Below, piece by piece: positions 39,011 through 51,810 of a stretch of 64,000 nt of DNA (positions are counted from its first letter, which is position 1; every line of letters starts with the position of its first letter). The translations under genes and the position numbers were made by a program. The stretch comes from Heterodontus francisci. Its lineage: Eukaryota. The stretch is taken from positions 66,644,862 through 66,708,861 of the forward strand of contig NC_090399.1 in assembly GCF_036365525.1 (NCBI RefSeq), written 5' to 3'. The notes beneath the pieces are model-generated. The model did no database searches, had not been told where the DNA came from, and saw nothing but the letters and a program-made list of their open reading frames with translations.

Positions 39011-40879
39011 TCACACAGTAAATACAATAATCGATTGCACAACAACCAAAACATGTGAAGCAATACGGATCCATGAATGGATCGGAATATCATATGAATG
39101 CTGAAATTCCAAAAGGTTTCCCACCAACTCTGGTCTGGGATCTCCTCCACCTATTTTGCTGTTCCCATGTATAATATACATGTTTGGAATGGTCTGTTTC
39201 CTTGTGCAGGTGTTTAAGGTGCTCAGGGATTGGGGGGAATATCATATCCAAACCTTTCTCCATACCTTCATAACTGACTCTGTAATTCATCTTCCACCTT
39301 TATCTCTGCTAGGTTATGGTGGTAGATATTAACCATGCTGTCTTATTTGATACGGGTGTGCCATCCGTCTGTCTCATTCCTTACACCCACCAAACTAACT
39401 CCCATCATAGAATTTCCAGATTAACAGTATGGGTGGTAAGATCTTGATGTTTTACCAGCATACCCTCTCTGGTAGTGGTGTTGCATCAGGGGAAAGGACA
39501 GGGAAGTACTGAACCAATCCTAACTGAGTCAAATTCGCTGTTTCACACTTTTCTTGCACAGGATGGACCTGTATTGAACCTTGGAGTTGGCACATGGTGA
39601 TATTGTTCCCATACCTGTGTAAATCATGGAAGTCCTCATCTCCTATCCATGATGGTACTCCCTCTTTCCTAATCTGTTGAAGATTCTCCCTCGCTTGCTC
39701 AAACAGCCAGGAGCCATACATGACACACACATCATTCTGTGCAGCTCCTGCCGAGGCGTCCCTCTTCTCCCTTATGATTTCATTTATTTTAATTGCTTCA
39801 GTTTCTAACTGGCTCACTATCTTGGCAAGGTGAATTATTGCAGTCTGGGTTTCATTTAATTCTTTCCCCTGAACTATTGTGGTGCCTTCCACAATCTCCT
39901 TCAACCAGCTTCTCAATCCCCTGACTTCCTGATTTAATGTAAGCTCTTAACCAATGAGGTGCCAGTATTAAAGATTGTGGTGGCATCATTTGCCAGGCTC
40001 CTTCTTCTCTTGGTTCTACTTCTGGGTTTGTACAATTTCCTCCAATCCTGACTCCCCCCCTCACATTGTGTCTCCAAACTCTCTCCAGTAATTTCCCATA
40101 TAAAGCCTTTGTTCTCTTCCCACACCACTCCAACAACCCTAGACCCATTAGCTTCAATATCACCAGTACCACCTCATGGTGTACATTGTGGTATAACATA
40201 TTCCCCATCAGTATTAGTAACAGACCATTATTTGGCCCAGGTTCTAGCCCAGGACACCCCCATCACTTGTTTTCATTGTGACTAGGAGGTGACGGCTTAC
40301 TAGGAGGTGGTGAATTAGACAGCTCTTTGGGCAATATCACCCTTAGCCCCAGCAACAACTCCCAAGTGCACTGCCCTCGGACAGGAACTGCAGCCACACC
40401 CTGCTCCCCCTTTGTTTGTGTCCAACAAACGGTACCTTTGGAATGTAACCAATCAGATTCTCCATTTATGTCCCCCTTGTCATATTCCCATGTTAGAGTC
40501 ACTAACCTCGACCTGGGTCGAGGGCACATAATACAGAACTACTCTCCAAGTCTCACATCTACCACTGTTATCTACACGTGTGCTCTTGTTTTACTTTGTC
40601 CTGGAACCAAACAGTTCAAGTCAGCCCCAGCTAAATGGAAAACTTCACCATCCTCTTGGGTTGTAACCTTTGGTGTGACCTGCTGGTCATGTTAACTTGT
40701 TACTCTCACCACTCCAATGCTCTTCGCTATTCGATGAGTGGCAACCTCTTGTTCCCTCCCACTCTCCCCGTCCCCTTTTAATTGTCTGCACGGTCGTGCA
40801 ATCCCCCCGGTTTTCGGCTCCAATTCCCCTGGATCAGGCTCAGGCTGAAGGCAGCTATACAGATTGTGAGGGTTCTCAT
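39011..40879 (-). pseudogene. env: env-like fusion glycoprotein gene, frameshifted
   Basis: Signal peptide MRTLTICIAAFSLSLIQG; polybasic site RTKRRR|SLAND (40000-40017); heptad region LNETQTAIIHLAKIVSQLETEAIKINEII; Trp-rich SWWETFWNF; TM-like WIRIASHVLVVVQSIIVFTV. Confidence 0.75.
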
Positions 40880-41281
40880 CTTCCTCCGCCCAACGGGATT
40901 ATCTGCAAGACATAACACAACACAAATCGGTTCTGTGACGGTCTTTCTCCCATCACAGGTCAACAGCTTAGCATGTTCTATTTACAAGATTAACACAGCA
41001 CAAAGCACATGCTATTTACAAGACAAACTGGATTTTATGGCTGGCTCAGCCATTAGGTATTCTGTGTGGGCAGTGGGATTATACTGAGTGAACCCCCACT
41101 CTCCAGAGTTGTCAAGGAGGAGTCCCAGTTGGTCCTGGAGGGAAGTACCTATTGACTGGCCTCCTTTGTCTTTGGCTCCGTCTTACACCTCCCGTGTCTC
41201 GACCTCCATCATCATCATCCCAGATGATTGGTTCATCCCACCATTCCCAATGTACCAGGCTCAGGAGCATGTCCGAGGCTT

Positions 41282-42085
41282 TCAGTACTTTAATCTGTGT
41301 GGCTCCTGCTGCATACCTTTTACACTGATTTTTGTGAAACCATTTACTCGTTTGGGCAGTTGTACAGCAGACAACATAGGGCTAGTCTTATCCAGGATGG
41401 AATATGATCCTTTGTTTAGGGGTTCCGACATTCCTACCTGGGTGTAGTTTTGACTCATAACCTGATCTCCAATATCCCATTCCTGAGTCCCAGCAAATTC
41501 CATCCTTAACTTATTCTCTCTGTGTTTACCTCCCATATTTTTAGCAGCCTTTAACTGAGTCTCTCCCTTGGTTTCTGCCTGTACCTGTCTCTGTTGGTTT
41601 CCTGCTCTAACTTGTCCTTCCATCCTGGACCAAGAAATGCATAGCCGTCCTCATTTCTCTACCTGGAACTAATTGATGTGGATAATATCCTGTGGTTTTA
41701 GATACTCCCACCTTAACTCCCATCAGTATGAGAGGTAAAGCATCATCCCATTTCTTCTGGTTTACTTTTCCCAACTCCTTCCTCAGTTTCTCCTTGAGAA
41801 TTCTATTCATCCTCTCTACAATCCCTGACGACTGTGGGTTATTGGCCACATGCCATTTCCCTTTGATTTCCAACATGACCAAAGTTGTTTGCATTACCTG
41901 CCCTGTAAAATGGGGCCCTTGTTCTGACTCAACTATATCTGGTCGGCCCCATCGTGAAAATGTTTCCTTGACCATCCCCACCCCCCCCACGAGTCTGAGC
42001 AGTAAATAGGGCAGTAGCTGCTTTACGTGGTGAAGTTGTCCTCCAATACCAAACAATACTTGTTCCCTTTCTTAGTGGTGGGGAG
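41282..42085 (-). pseudogene. pol: Retroviral integrase core and C-terminus
   Basis: PTTKKGNKYCLVLEDNFT, WGRPDIVESEQGPHFT, PQSSGIVERMNRILKE, KTTGYYP, GDQV. Confidence 0.9.
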
Positions 42086-42347
42086 TGACAATGTTGGAAA
42101 TGTTGGTTCCTTTTAGTAACCAGGACTTACTTCAGAGTTAATAGAGAGCAGGTGATGCTCATTGCAGTTTGTATTTGAGGGCTGGGGTTTTTTCCCAGTC
42201 GGGGAGTTACTTCTGGACAGGGAGTTAGTTCAGAAGAGTGGAAACTGGTATTTGTACTGAACTGTGGGTTGTGAATAAAACAGTTGTTGGATCACACACT
42301 GTCTCCTGCTTCCTGATTTGGCAAATGGATATCTGCCAAATTGACCA
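42086..42347 (+). repeat. Copia 5' LTR
   Basis: Direct repeat of 49169-49423, followed by tgg (degenerate PBS). Confidence 0.9.
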
Positions 42348-44466
42348 TGGATTAGCTTCAGCCTCTTCAGATGCAAATATACGGGAAAAAAAGTATTTAC
42401 TTTTTCTAACAAAAGCGGAGCTCCTGACTGCTTTCAAGGTGAAATGTTTGGGTCACGCTGCAGGCTCTCAAACGATGATTACCCAGCAGTCTTTTCAGAA
42501 TTGGAACCATGTGAACAATGGAAGAATGAGGTGGAAATGTGAACTCAGGTCACTGCGCGAACCAAGAGGAAGCAAGGTATGGTCTTTACCAGGAAAAAGG
42601 AAGTTTAGCAATAAAGTATTTCAGAACTGGATGTTACTGATGTAAATACCGAAGAGGGATTGTTTGTTCTAATATTTACAAAAAAGATGATTGACTTGTT
42701 GGAAGCCTATGGGACATGGTGGACTTTGATAAATTTAAGAAGACAGACAATCAGTCCTTGGAAGAATATATCATGGAATTTGACAGGTTATATAACAGAC
42801 TAAAAAAATTCAATCTAGAAATTCCTGAGTCTGTGCTTGTGTTCAAATTATTAGATTGTGCACAGATCTCCCATTTGGATAGACTTCTGGTTTTGACAGG
42901 GGTTCAATTTCATGGTAAAGATTCTCTTTTTGAGCAAATGACTGCTGCCCTAAAGAAATATTTGGGAAAACAATCGTTTCCTGCCACCTTCACAAATTGG
43001 AAATTCTGCAGGAATACAGAGAATGGAGGACTCCATAATAACCGACTCATAAAATTGACTGGGGCCTAGTCGCAGGTGCTTCTACAAAGAGGGAATTGCT
43101 GAAAGACGTTCTGAGGTGGGTCGTACTTTTAATAGATTTGTTGATCAAAACAGAATGCAAGATTGGGATGATAACCGAAAGCGAATGAATCCTAGAAATG
43201 GATGTGGAATGATTAATAGGGGTTTGTGGGGTCGATTGGCTAAACTATTACTTGGAAACCCTTGACCAGGCAGATAAAACTAGAGTTAAAGAATATGAAA
43301 GCTCTACCCGCTCTAGGTTCGGGGACGATAATACATTAACGTCTTTAAAGAGAGTGGTTCTCTTATGTGAAATAGCAGGAATGTGCCATTTCATCAGCAC
43401 TGATGTGGTTCAGAGTGACATACCGTTATTGCTAAGTAAGTCTTCAATGAAAAAGGCAAAGATGAGATTGGACATGGAGAATGACAAAGCATTTGTCTTT
43501 GGTGAAGCTGTAAATTTGCACGTCACTGGATCAGGACATTATTGTATCCCATTGAGGAAACCGAGTGTTTCTCCCCGAGAAATTCAAGAAGTATATTGAC
43601 CGCTGGAGACAAGAGTCTGGCTGACAAGAAGAAAATTTCCCATCCTTTATCACAAAAGTTAAAGCTACTGCTGAAGGAGGCTGGAGTTGTGGATAAAGAA
43701 TACAACTCCCATGTTGAACAGATCACATCTCAATGTGACCATATGTATTAAATATCGGAATACACCACTACAGCCGATTGCAAGTGTCCTGTAATCCTGG
43801 GAATTTAATGAAGTGGACTTGAAAGTATGGGACAAGGGTCGGAATATTTATCTGTTACATTTTGACAACTAGGTTCAGCATATCTACGGTATTAAACAAC
43901 AAGGACAAACGGACAATAGTGGATAAAGTTATGGAAAGGTGGGTTGGCAGGGGGCTTGGAACACCAGCAAAATTTCTAACAGATAACGGAGGGGAATTTG
44001 CAAATGAGTTTAGGGACATGTGTGAGAATTTACATATTGTAGTTATGAACACGACTGCAGAAAGTCCATTCAGCAATGTGAAAGAAATCATGCGATAGTT
44101 GATGAAATGTTACACAAGATACTGGCAGATCAACCAAACTGCAAGCTGCAAATGGCTCTGTCATGGGCAGTACACACAAAAGATTCTTTACAAATGGTGG
44201 AGGGTATATCCAAACCTATTGGTATACGGTCGTAATCCAAAATTGCCTTCATACTCCAGCCCGAGAGGGAACAACTATTAGCTCTACTTCCTTCACCCAC
44301 CTAAATGTGCTACATGCCAGCATCAAAGCTGAAGCATCAGAAAAAATTCAGAGCATTAAGACATCGCATAAGACAGTGTGGGGAAGACTTTACTTCTGGT
44401 GACCTTGTTTATTGTAAGAGAGAAGGGCAGAGGAAATGGAGAGGTCCAGGAAAAGATATAGGACGT

Positions 44467-46036
44467 GCAAAGCATTAAGGTAGATAGGTCCCCAGGGCCT
44501 GATGGGATCTACCCCAGAATACTGAGGGAGGCAAGGGAAGAAATTGCTGGGGCCTTGACAGAAATCTTTGCATCCTCATTGGCTACAGGTGAGGTCCCAG
44601 AGGACTGGAGAACAGCCAATGTTGTTCCTTTGTTTAAGAAGGGTAGCAAGGATAATCCAGGAAATTATAGGCCGGTGAGCCTTACGTCAGTGGTAGGGAA
44701 ATTATTAGAGAGGATTCTTCGGGACAGGATTTACTCCCATTTGGAAACAAACAAACGTATTAGCGAGAGGCAGCATGGTTTTGTGAAGGGGAGGTCATGT
44801 CTCACTAACTTGATTGAGTTTTTTGAGGAAGTGACCAAGATGATTGATGAAGGAAGGGCAGTGGATTTTGTCTATATGGACTTCAGTAAAGCCTTTAACA
44901 AGGTCCCTCATGGCAGACTGGTACAAAAGGTGAAGTCACACGGGATCAGAGGTGAGCTGGCAAGATGGATACAGAACTGGCTCTGTCGTAGAAGACAGAG
45001 GGTAACAGTGGAAGGGTGCTTTTCTGAATGGAGGGCTGTGACTAATGGTGTTCCGCAGGGATCAGTGCTGGGACCTTTGCTGTTTGTAGTATATATAAAT
45101 GATTTGGAGGAAAATGTAGCTGGTCTGATTAGTAAGTTTGCGGACGACACAAAGGTTGGTGGAGTTGTCAGTGGATTGTCAGAGGATACAGCAGGATATA
45201 GATCGGTTGGAGACTTGGGCGGAGAGATGGCAGATGGAGTTTAATCCGGACAAATGTGAGGCAATGCATTTTGAGAAGGTCTAATGCAGGTGGGAAGTAT
45301 ACAGTAAATGGCAGAACCCTAAGGAGTATTGACAGGCAGAGAGATCTGGGCGTACAGGTCCACATGTCACTGAAAGTGGCAACGCAGGTGGATAAGGTAG
45401 TCAAGAAGGCATACGGCATGCTTGCCTTCATCGGTCGGGGCATAGAGTATAAAAATTGGCAAGTCGTGCTGCAGCTGTACAGAACTTTAGTTAGGCCACA
45501 CTTAGAATATTGCGTGCAATTCTGGTCACCACACTACCAGAAGGACGTGGAGGCTTTGGAGAGGGTACAGAAGAGGTTTACCAGGATGTTGCCTGTTCTG
45601 GAGGGCATTAGCTATGAGGAGAGGTTGGATAAACTTGGATTGTTTTCACTGGAACGACAGACGTGGAGGGGCGACATGATAGAGGTTTACAAACTTATGA
45701 GTGCCATGGACAGAGTGGAGAGTCAGAAGCTTTTTCCCAAGATGGAAGAGTCAGTTACTAGGGGACATAGGTTTAAGGTGCGAGGGGCAAAGTTTAGAAG
45801 GGATGTGCGAGGCAAGTTCTTTACACAGAGGGTGGTGAGTGCCTGAAACTTGCTGCCGGGGGAGGTGGTGGAAGCAGGTACGATAGCAACGTTTAAGAGG
45901 CATCTTGACAAACACATGAATAGGTTGGGATACGGTCCCCGGAAGTGCAGAAGGTTTTAGTTTAGACATCAAGATCGGCGCAGGCTTGGAGGGCCGAATG
46001 TCCTGTTCCTGTGCTGTACTGCTCTTTGTTCTTTGT
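44467..46036 (+). mobile_element. 5'-truncated CR1 LINE inserted in the Copia integrase C-terminus
   Basis: RT ORF 44465-45244 (YMDFSKAF, GVPQGSVLGP, KFADD) and a (tctttgt)n tail. Removing it rejoins the Copia frame WRGPGKDIGR|DRKTPILQHG. Confidence 0.93.
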
Positions 46037-47940
46037 GACAGGAAAACTCCAATACTACAACATGGGAATCAGACCATAAAAGCACATTCTTCATGGGTAA
46101 GAGGGATGCGTTATGAATTTTCTGACACTGAGAACGCGGGAGAAAGTGATGATCATGAAACACCTTGTACATCACATAGCCATGAATTCTGTGATTTTTC
46201 AGCCAGAGGGGCAGGATCTGAGAGCTCAAGAAATAGATTCTGAAACACATACTGATAATGAAGGACAAGAAAAAGCAATCTCATCCAGGGATCGTTCACC
46301 TAAAGTAGGTTCTCGGGTGGTGTACTGGCCAGAAGGGTCAGATAACTGGAGGGAAGTTACAATAGTTGGACGAGCAGGGAAGTCTGTGGGCAAATACAAA
46401 AGTTGGTTCAATGTCCAAGAAGAGGGACAAGAAGTGAAGGCCGTGGATTGGCAGAAGGGAGTTCAAGAATGGTGAACAAGAAAATGTAGCTTGAGTTTGA
46501 GTAATGATTCAGGAGATGCATCTAGGAGGAAAAGATCATGTACAATGGAAAGGACCTCCAGTAAACATTCTGATAGGAGTAGTCCAGAGAGACCTCAACA
46601 AGAGTAAAGAGGGTGCAGCCTGGCGATGTGACAGTGTAGCCGGGATAGTGCAGAAACAGGTCCCTGTGATCGAGAGGTGTTTGTAGTCGCTAATAGATCA
46701 GAAGCTAGGGCGATAAGAGAGACTGGACTAAGAGTTAGAAAGTTGGAAAGATTTTGGGGTATATTCAGAGTTTGCAGATAGAGGCCAATTTGCTCGATCA
46801 CACAGATGGATCTATACAGAAATGGTCCGACCAGATGGGATCTAATGGCCAAGGCTCAGTTGGAGGCCAGAGGTTTTGAGGAGTGCTTGGGGGATAAATA
46901 TATCAGGGTAGACTCTCTCCCACAGCAGGAAAGGTGATTTTGAAAATCTTTTCTGGCCATTTTAGCAACCTATTGTTGGAGGTGAAGGCCATTGATATCA
47001 AAGTGGCATTCATTCAGGGTGATCTGCTTCAGAGGGAAGTGTTTCCCCAGCGTCTGAAGGAAGCATCAGACATGGAAGGGAAGCTCTGAAAGTTAATAAA
47101 TGTGATAATGGGTTAAATGATACTTCCCTGCTGTGGTATCTTTTGGTGAGGGCAGTTCTGTTATAGTTGGGGCATTTAGAACCGAAGGCGGAGCCTGCAA
47201 TGTTTTATTGGCATTATACGGGAAAACCTTCGGGCATCTTTATGATGCATATGGATGACTTTTTGTGGGGTGTAACTAATGAGTTTGAAGAGAATGTTAT
47301 TCATCGAATGAGGGAAGAGTTTAAAATCGGCAGTTAAGCTTCTGGAGCTTTTAAATATGTGGGTTTGGAGATAAAGCAGAGTGAGTCAGATGTAATTTTA
47401 CATTAACATTCCGACTTGGAAAATGTCAATCCCATCAGAATTGGTCGCACCAGACCGGGATAGAAAGATGCGGCTGCTTCCAAGGATGAAATGGAACAGC
47501 TGAGGAGTCTTGTTGGACAACTCAATTGGTTATCTACACGGACAAGACCAGCTGCAAGTTTTGATGTGCTAGAACTTAGTCTTGTGATGAAAAATCCAAA
47601 GGTTGAGGACATCTTGAGGGTGAACAAAACTTTTAAAAAATTAAAAATAGAGAAGTGTATGCTGCAGTTCCCAGCTTTAGGTAATCCCAAAAATATGAAA
47701 TTAATCATTTTTAGTGATGCCTCGCATGAAAACCTTGTGATATTTGTGACATTCCTTGTGGGGGCGAATGGGAAAAGTTGCCCTTTGGCATGGGAATCCA
47801 AGAAGATAAGAGTAGTGAAGAGCACACTAGCCACTGAAACTCTTACACTCGTTGAAGTTGTTGACATGGCGTTCTATTTGTCCAAGATCTTGGAAGAAAT
47901 GTTATAGTAAAGAGACTGAAAGGACAATACCAATAAAGTG

Positions 47941-48849
47941 TGTTCTGACCAGGTGAGAAAGGTGTCTCGAAGTCCCACTCAACCTTCACCTGGTCTTACT
48001 GTAACAGGATTTTAATCTTAAACACACCATGTTTTTAGCTCCACCTTGGTGAATCCTTGTTCACTCCTTTCCAATTATAAAGCAAATAAATCAAACAAAC
48101 AGGTTTTGTCAAGTTTAAAGAAGAAAAGTGAAATTTTATTAAACTTACTTAACTCTAATTTGGTTGGTGCCTATGGATATACGATGTGCCCATGCTAGCA
48201 TGCACATGCGATACACACATGCAGATAGGGACAGAGAAGAGGAGAAGGAAGTATAAGGTGAAAGGGTTGAGGCAGTCTCTGAAGGGGGATTCTTGTTACT
48301 GTTTCTGTGTTTCCAGCTCTTTGATTGTAGACAGCTCTTACTTTTCACTGGGGCCCAGTATTCTTCTTAAACCTTGTTCACATAGGAGACTTTTCTCTCT
48401 TTGAGGTTCACGTGTTTTCACAAGATTCAGTTCCGTGAGAAAGAGATGGCAGCAGGCAGGACAGGAGAGGAGGTTTTGCTTCAGTCCGTGAGCACACGGC
48501 TTTCCGATCAGTTCAACGTTCTGAGGCAAGTTCAAATTCTACGACAGCCAATTGGTCATGTGATTAAACGTGATCCCGTATACTTGTGTATTATCTTGTT
48601 CTAGCAGACCCTGGAATGTCTGCTCTACACACAATACCTGGTGATCAAAGGTCCGTTGTGGATTAAATGGGAACAGGGAATAGTCCCTTTGTCCTTTGAA
48701 TTACTATCTGTTGATGTGCAAACAATGTCTCTGCAGCCAAAATCTGGCAATTTTTAAAGCAAGTTCTTTCTTCCCCCAACAACAGTTTTTAAAATCAATG
48801 TTCAAGTGGCAAAATTAATATTCCTCCTTCTTGGCAGGTGGGGCCTGCA
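47941..48849 (-). mobile_element. Probable solo LTR (about 0.9 kb) inserted in the Copia RNase H
   Basis: Non-coding block starting TGTT with a minus-strand AATAAA. Copia RH resumes after it (YIDNRYLWDNVHSTKSVNEKR). Confidence 0.6.
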
Positions 48850-49168
48850 GGATAAATGTTACATAGATAATCGATACCTGTGGGATAATGTACATTCTAC
48901 AAAAAGCGTAAATGAAAAAAGGCCGAGGATAGACACAGCCAGTTTAAAGTAAATGTTGGAGAGGAAAGAAATCTCTAAGCTAAGGTGGGTAAATACTAGT
49001 CATCAAATATTGGACTGATTCACGAAGAGGAATTGCCTTTATCAAAAAGTTGCTGAAGGTTCGAGAAGGCGGATATCTCGCTATGTAATGTTTGAGAATC
49101 TGAATTTTTAAAAATCTATATATATACCTCTTGTCTGTAAATATGTTTTTTATTTCTTAAAGAGAATC

Positions 49169-49423
49169 TGACAATGTTGGAAATGCTGGTCCCTTTAATT
49201 AACCAGGACTTACTTCAGTGTTAATAGAGAGCAGGTGATGCTCATTGCAGTTTGTATTTAAGGGCTGCGGTTTTCCCAGTCATTCTGGACAGGGAGTTAG
49301 TCCTGAAGGGAAGATTGGAAACTAATATTTGTACTGAACTGTGGATTGAGAATAAAACAGTTGTGGATCAGAGACTGTCTCCTGCTTCCTGATATTGGCG
49401 AATGGATATCTGCCAATTGATCA
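49169..49423 (+). repeat. Copia 3' LTR
   Basis: Direct repeat of 42086-42347, preceded by purine-rich aaagagaa. Confidence 0.9.
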
Positions 49424-49428
49424 GGAAG

Positions 49429-51810
49429 GGGTCCAATAAAGTCTATTTGGACACTTCTCCAGGGCCCCTCTACCCTGCGGGCGTGTCCCATTGATGACTC
49501 TTCTCTGGAGGACTGGGTTATTAACTACACACACTAAGCAGTTGTCGACATACTCCTCCATGTCCCTTCTCATATCAGGCCACCAAGACACAGCTACAAC
49601 CCTGTTTAGTGTGTTGTCTACCCCTGGGTGTCCCATTCCTGGTCCCCATGCACTAGCTGTACAAATTCCTCTCTGCTGCCGAATGACACTTCCCACTTAT
49701 CCTCCTTAAACAACATCCCATCCCTTACATGGAAGTCTTGAGTTCCATAGGGACCTTCCACCTTCTCTCCTTGCTATTTCACCTTTATCGCTGCCCTTAG
49801 AGTGACATCACCCATCTGTGTTTTCTTTAAGTCGAGGGGTTTTAGTTCTTATTCTACTGGGCCCTGTTTTTTTTAATGTGCCATCACTTCTCCCGATTCA
49901 CAGGGATCCCGTCCATTGCCCCTCTTTTGGCCAGCTCGTCTGCCCTCTTCTTCTCTTCCCACCGGGGCTCTGTCTTCGAGTGTGCCTTGACCTTGTGGAT
50001 GTAATAGTCTTGGTCAGTGCCATCGCTGACCTCTAATATGTCTCTCAATAAGGGTGCGACAGTCAATGGCTTCTCATCTGCTGAGGTAAATCCCTGCCTG
50101 GTCCATATCGCCAAGTATTCAGTGCAGGAGTTGCACGTAAACATGGCGTCTAAGCAGAGGATGTAGGGGGTTGGGAATTCGGTAGGATGTGTTACCACAT
50201 ACACCAGTCGCTAATTCCACTCATACCCACAGGTAGCTTTAATTTTACCTTCACCTGCTTCTCGGGATTATATATCCCACATCCCGTCTTCCTCTCTCCA
50301 TTTTTCACATAACTAGATCCATCGATATAAATGTCCCTGCCATTGGGGTGTATCTGTGTCCAGAAACCTCCCTTGGAGTCCCACACTCTGTCTACAGTAC
50401 ACGTGTGTTGTTTCCCAGGGTACTGTAAATTCGCTGCCAGTTTGGGTTCTGACAATCATTCAGTGCTGATCTGATTCTGACTAAGTAATAGGCTTCACCC
50501 AGCCACCCTGGCACTACTGACAGTACCATCCTGTATTCTCCCTTCCAGTAACAATCTTGTTGTGGTTTGACACATGAGCAGCGTAGTCGGTTACCCTTCA
50601 GTGAACACCACAAAATGTTTAACTGCCCACTAAGTGGTGGGCAGGTGCCTCTCACAAATGGAGTAGGCCTTTTCCACATCAGTAAACACCCTAGAGACAT
50701 ACCCCACTGGTCTCTACTTCCCATCACGCTCTTGCAAGAGGACCACACTTAGGCTCACATCTAAGGTGGCGATCACAAGCTGGAACAGTAACAAGGGATC
50801 CAATGTCCCAGTGCAGGTGCTGTCTGGAGCCGCCTTTTAGTTTCCTCAAAACCTTTCTGTTGTTCTTCTCCCCGTCTCCATTCCACTCCCTTCTTCAGTA
50901 ACACCTGCAAGCACATGGTGATTGCTGCATAGACCTCGATAAACTCTTGACAATACCTTGTTAAACTTAAAAAGGACCGCAGCCCATGTGCGTCTTCAGG
51001 CACCGGGAGATCTTGTGTTGCTTGTCATTTCCCTGCATTTACTCCCTTCTCTCCAGGGGAGACAGTAATGCCCAAAAACTGTCCCTTCTCCTGTCCTATT
51101 TGTGCCTTCCTCGGGTTTATCTTAAACCCCGGTTCTTTGAGTAGTCCTAGCAACTCCCCTAATAACTGTTCCTGTTCCACCTCTGTAAACAGCAGCAAGT
51201 CTACATCCTGTATCAGCTGTTTTGGCCGACTAAAACCCTGTATAGCCCATGCCATACACTGGTGGAAAATGGAGGGGCTATTATGGAACCCTTGTGACAG
51301 GCAAGTCCAGGTGTATTGCTGTATTGCTGTTTATTAAATGTAAATGCAAACTTGTATTGGTCTTCCTTTCTACTGGGATGGACCAGAACCCGTTCGAGAT
51401 GTCCAAAACACTGAACACTTGAGCTGATGCAGGGATCTGAGCTACCAGTTCCCCAATGGGAGCAAGTGGGTATTAGTTTATTCAGCACTCGGTAATCAAT
51501 GGTCATTCTCCATAAGCCATCGGGTTTCTTTACTGGCCAAATAGGTGAATTACCATGGGTGGCTGCGGTTCTCAGCACTCCTTGCTCCAACAGGGAGTTT
51601 ACCACACCTTCTGTATCTCCCTCTACCTCCCTACTATATCAATACTGTCTCTGCGGCTTGTTCATAGGCTCTCCCTCTATGTGGACCTCCACTCCCCTCA
51701 TCCTACCACAGTCATTTCCATTGACAGCAAAAACCCCATGGTGTTCCTTCCACACCGACTGATCAGGAGTCGGGACATTCCCCATTAACTGTTCCCTGTC
51801 ATTATTACAT
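49429..51810 (-). pseudogene. pol: Retroviral-type pol: RT, tether, RNase H, integrase N-terminus
   Basis: NSPIWPVKKPDGLWRMTIDYRVLN; LPQGFHNSP; LRSFL; IYIDGSS...GFTSADEKP...HKVKAH...ADELAK; GHPG...CLVC; GPWRSVQIDFIGPLP. Confidence 0.92.

Larger units (their letters stand above)
42086..49423 (+). mobile_element. Ty1/Copia LTR retrotransposon (GalEa-like), decayed, with both LTRs
   Basis: LTRs at 42086-42347 and 49169-49423 (TG...CA); 5-bp TSD gggag/ggaag. Domain order gag, PR (DIPLLLS), IN (FLTDNGGEF, AESPFSN), RT (EARGFEE, MHMDDFLWG), RH (IFSDASH, CPLAWESKKIRVVKSTLATE). Confidence 0.9.
36635..51810 (-). mobile_element. Decayed, 5'-truncated env-bearing endogenous retrovirus-like provirus (loki/spuma-like), interrupted by nested insertions
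   Basis: Collinear order on the minus strand: RT, tether, RNase H, integrase, env, extra region, LTR. Confidence 0.85.
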
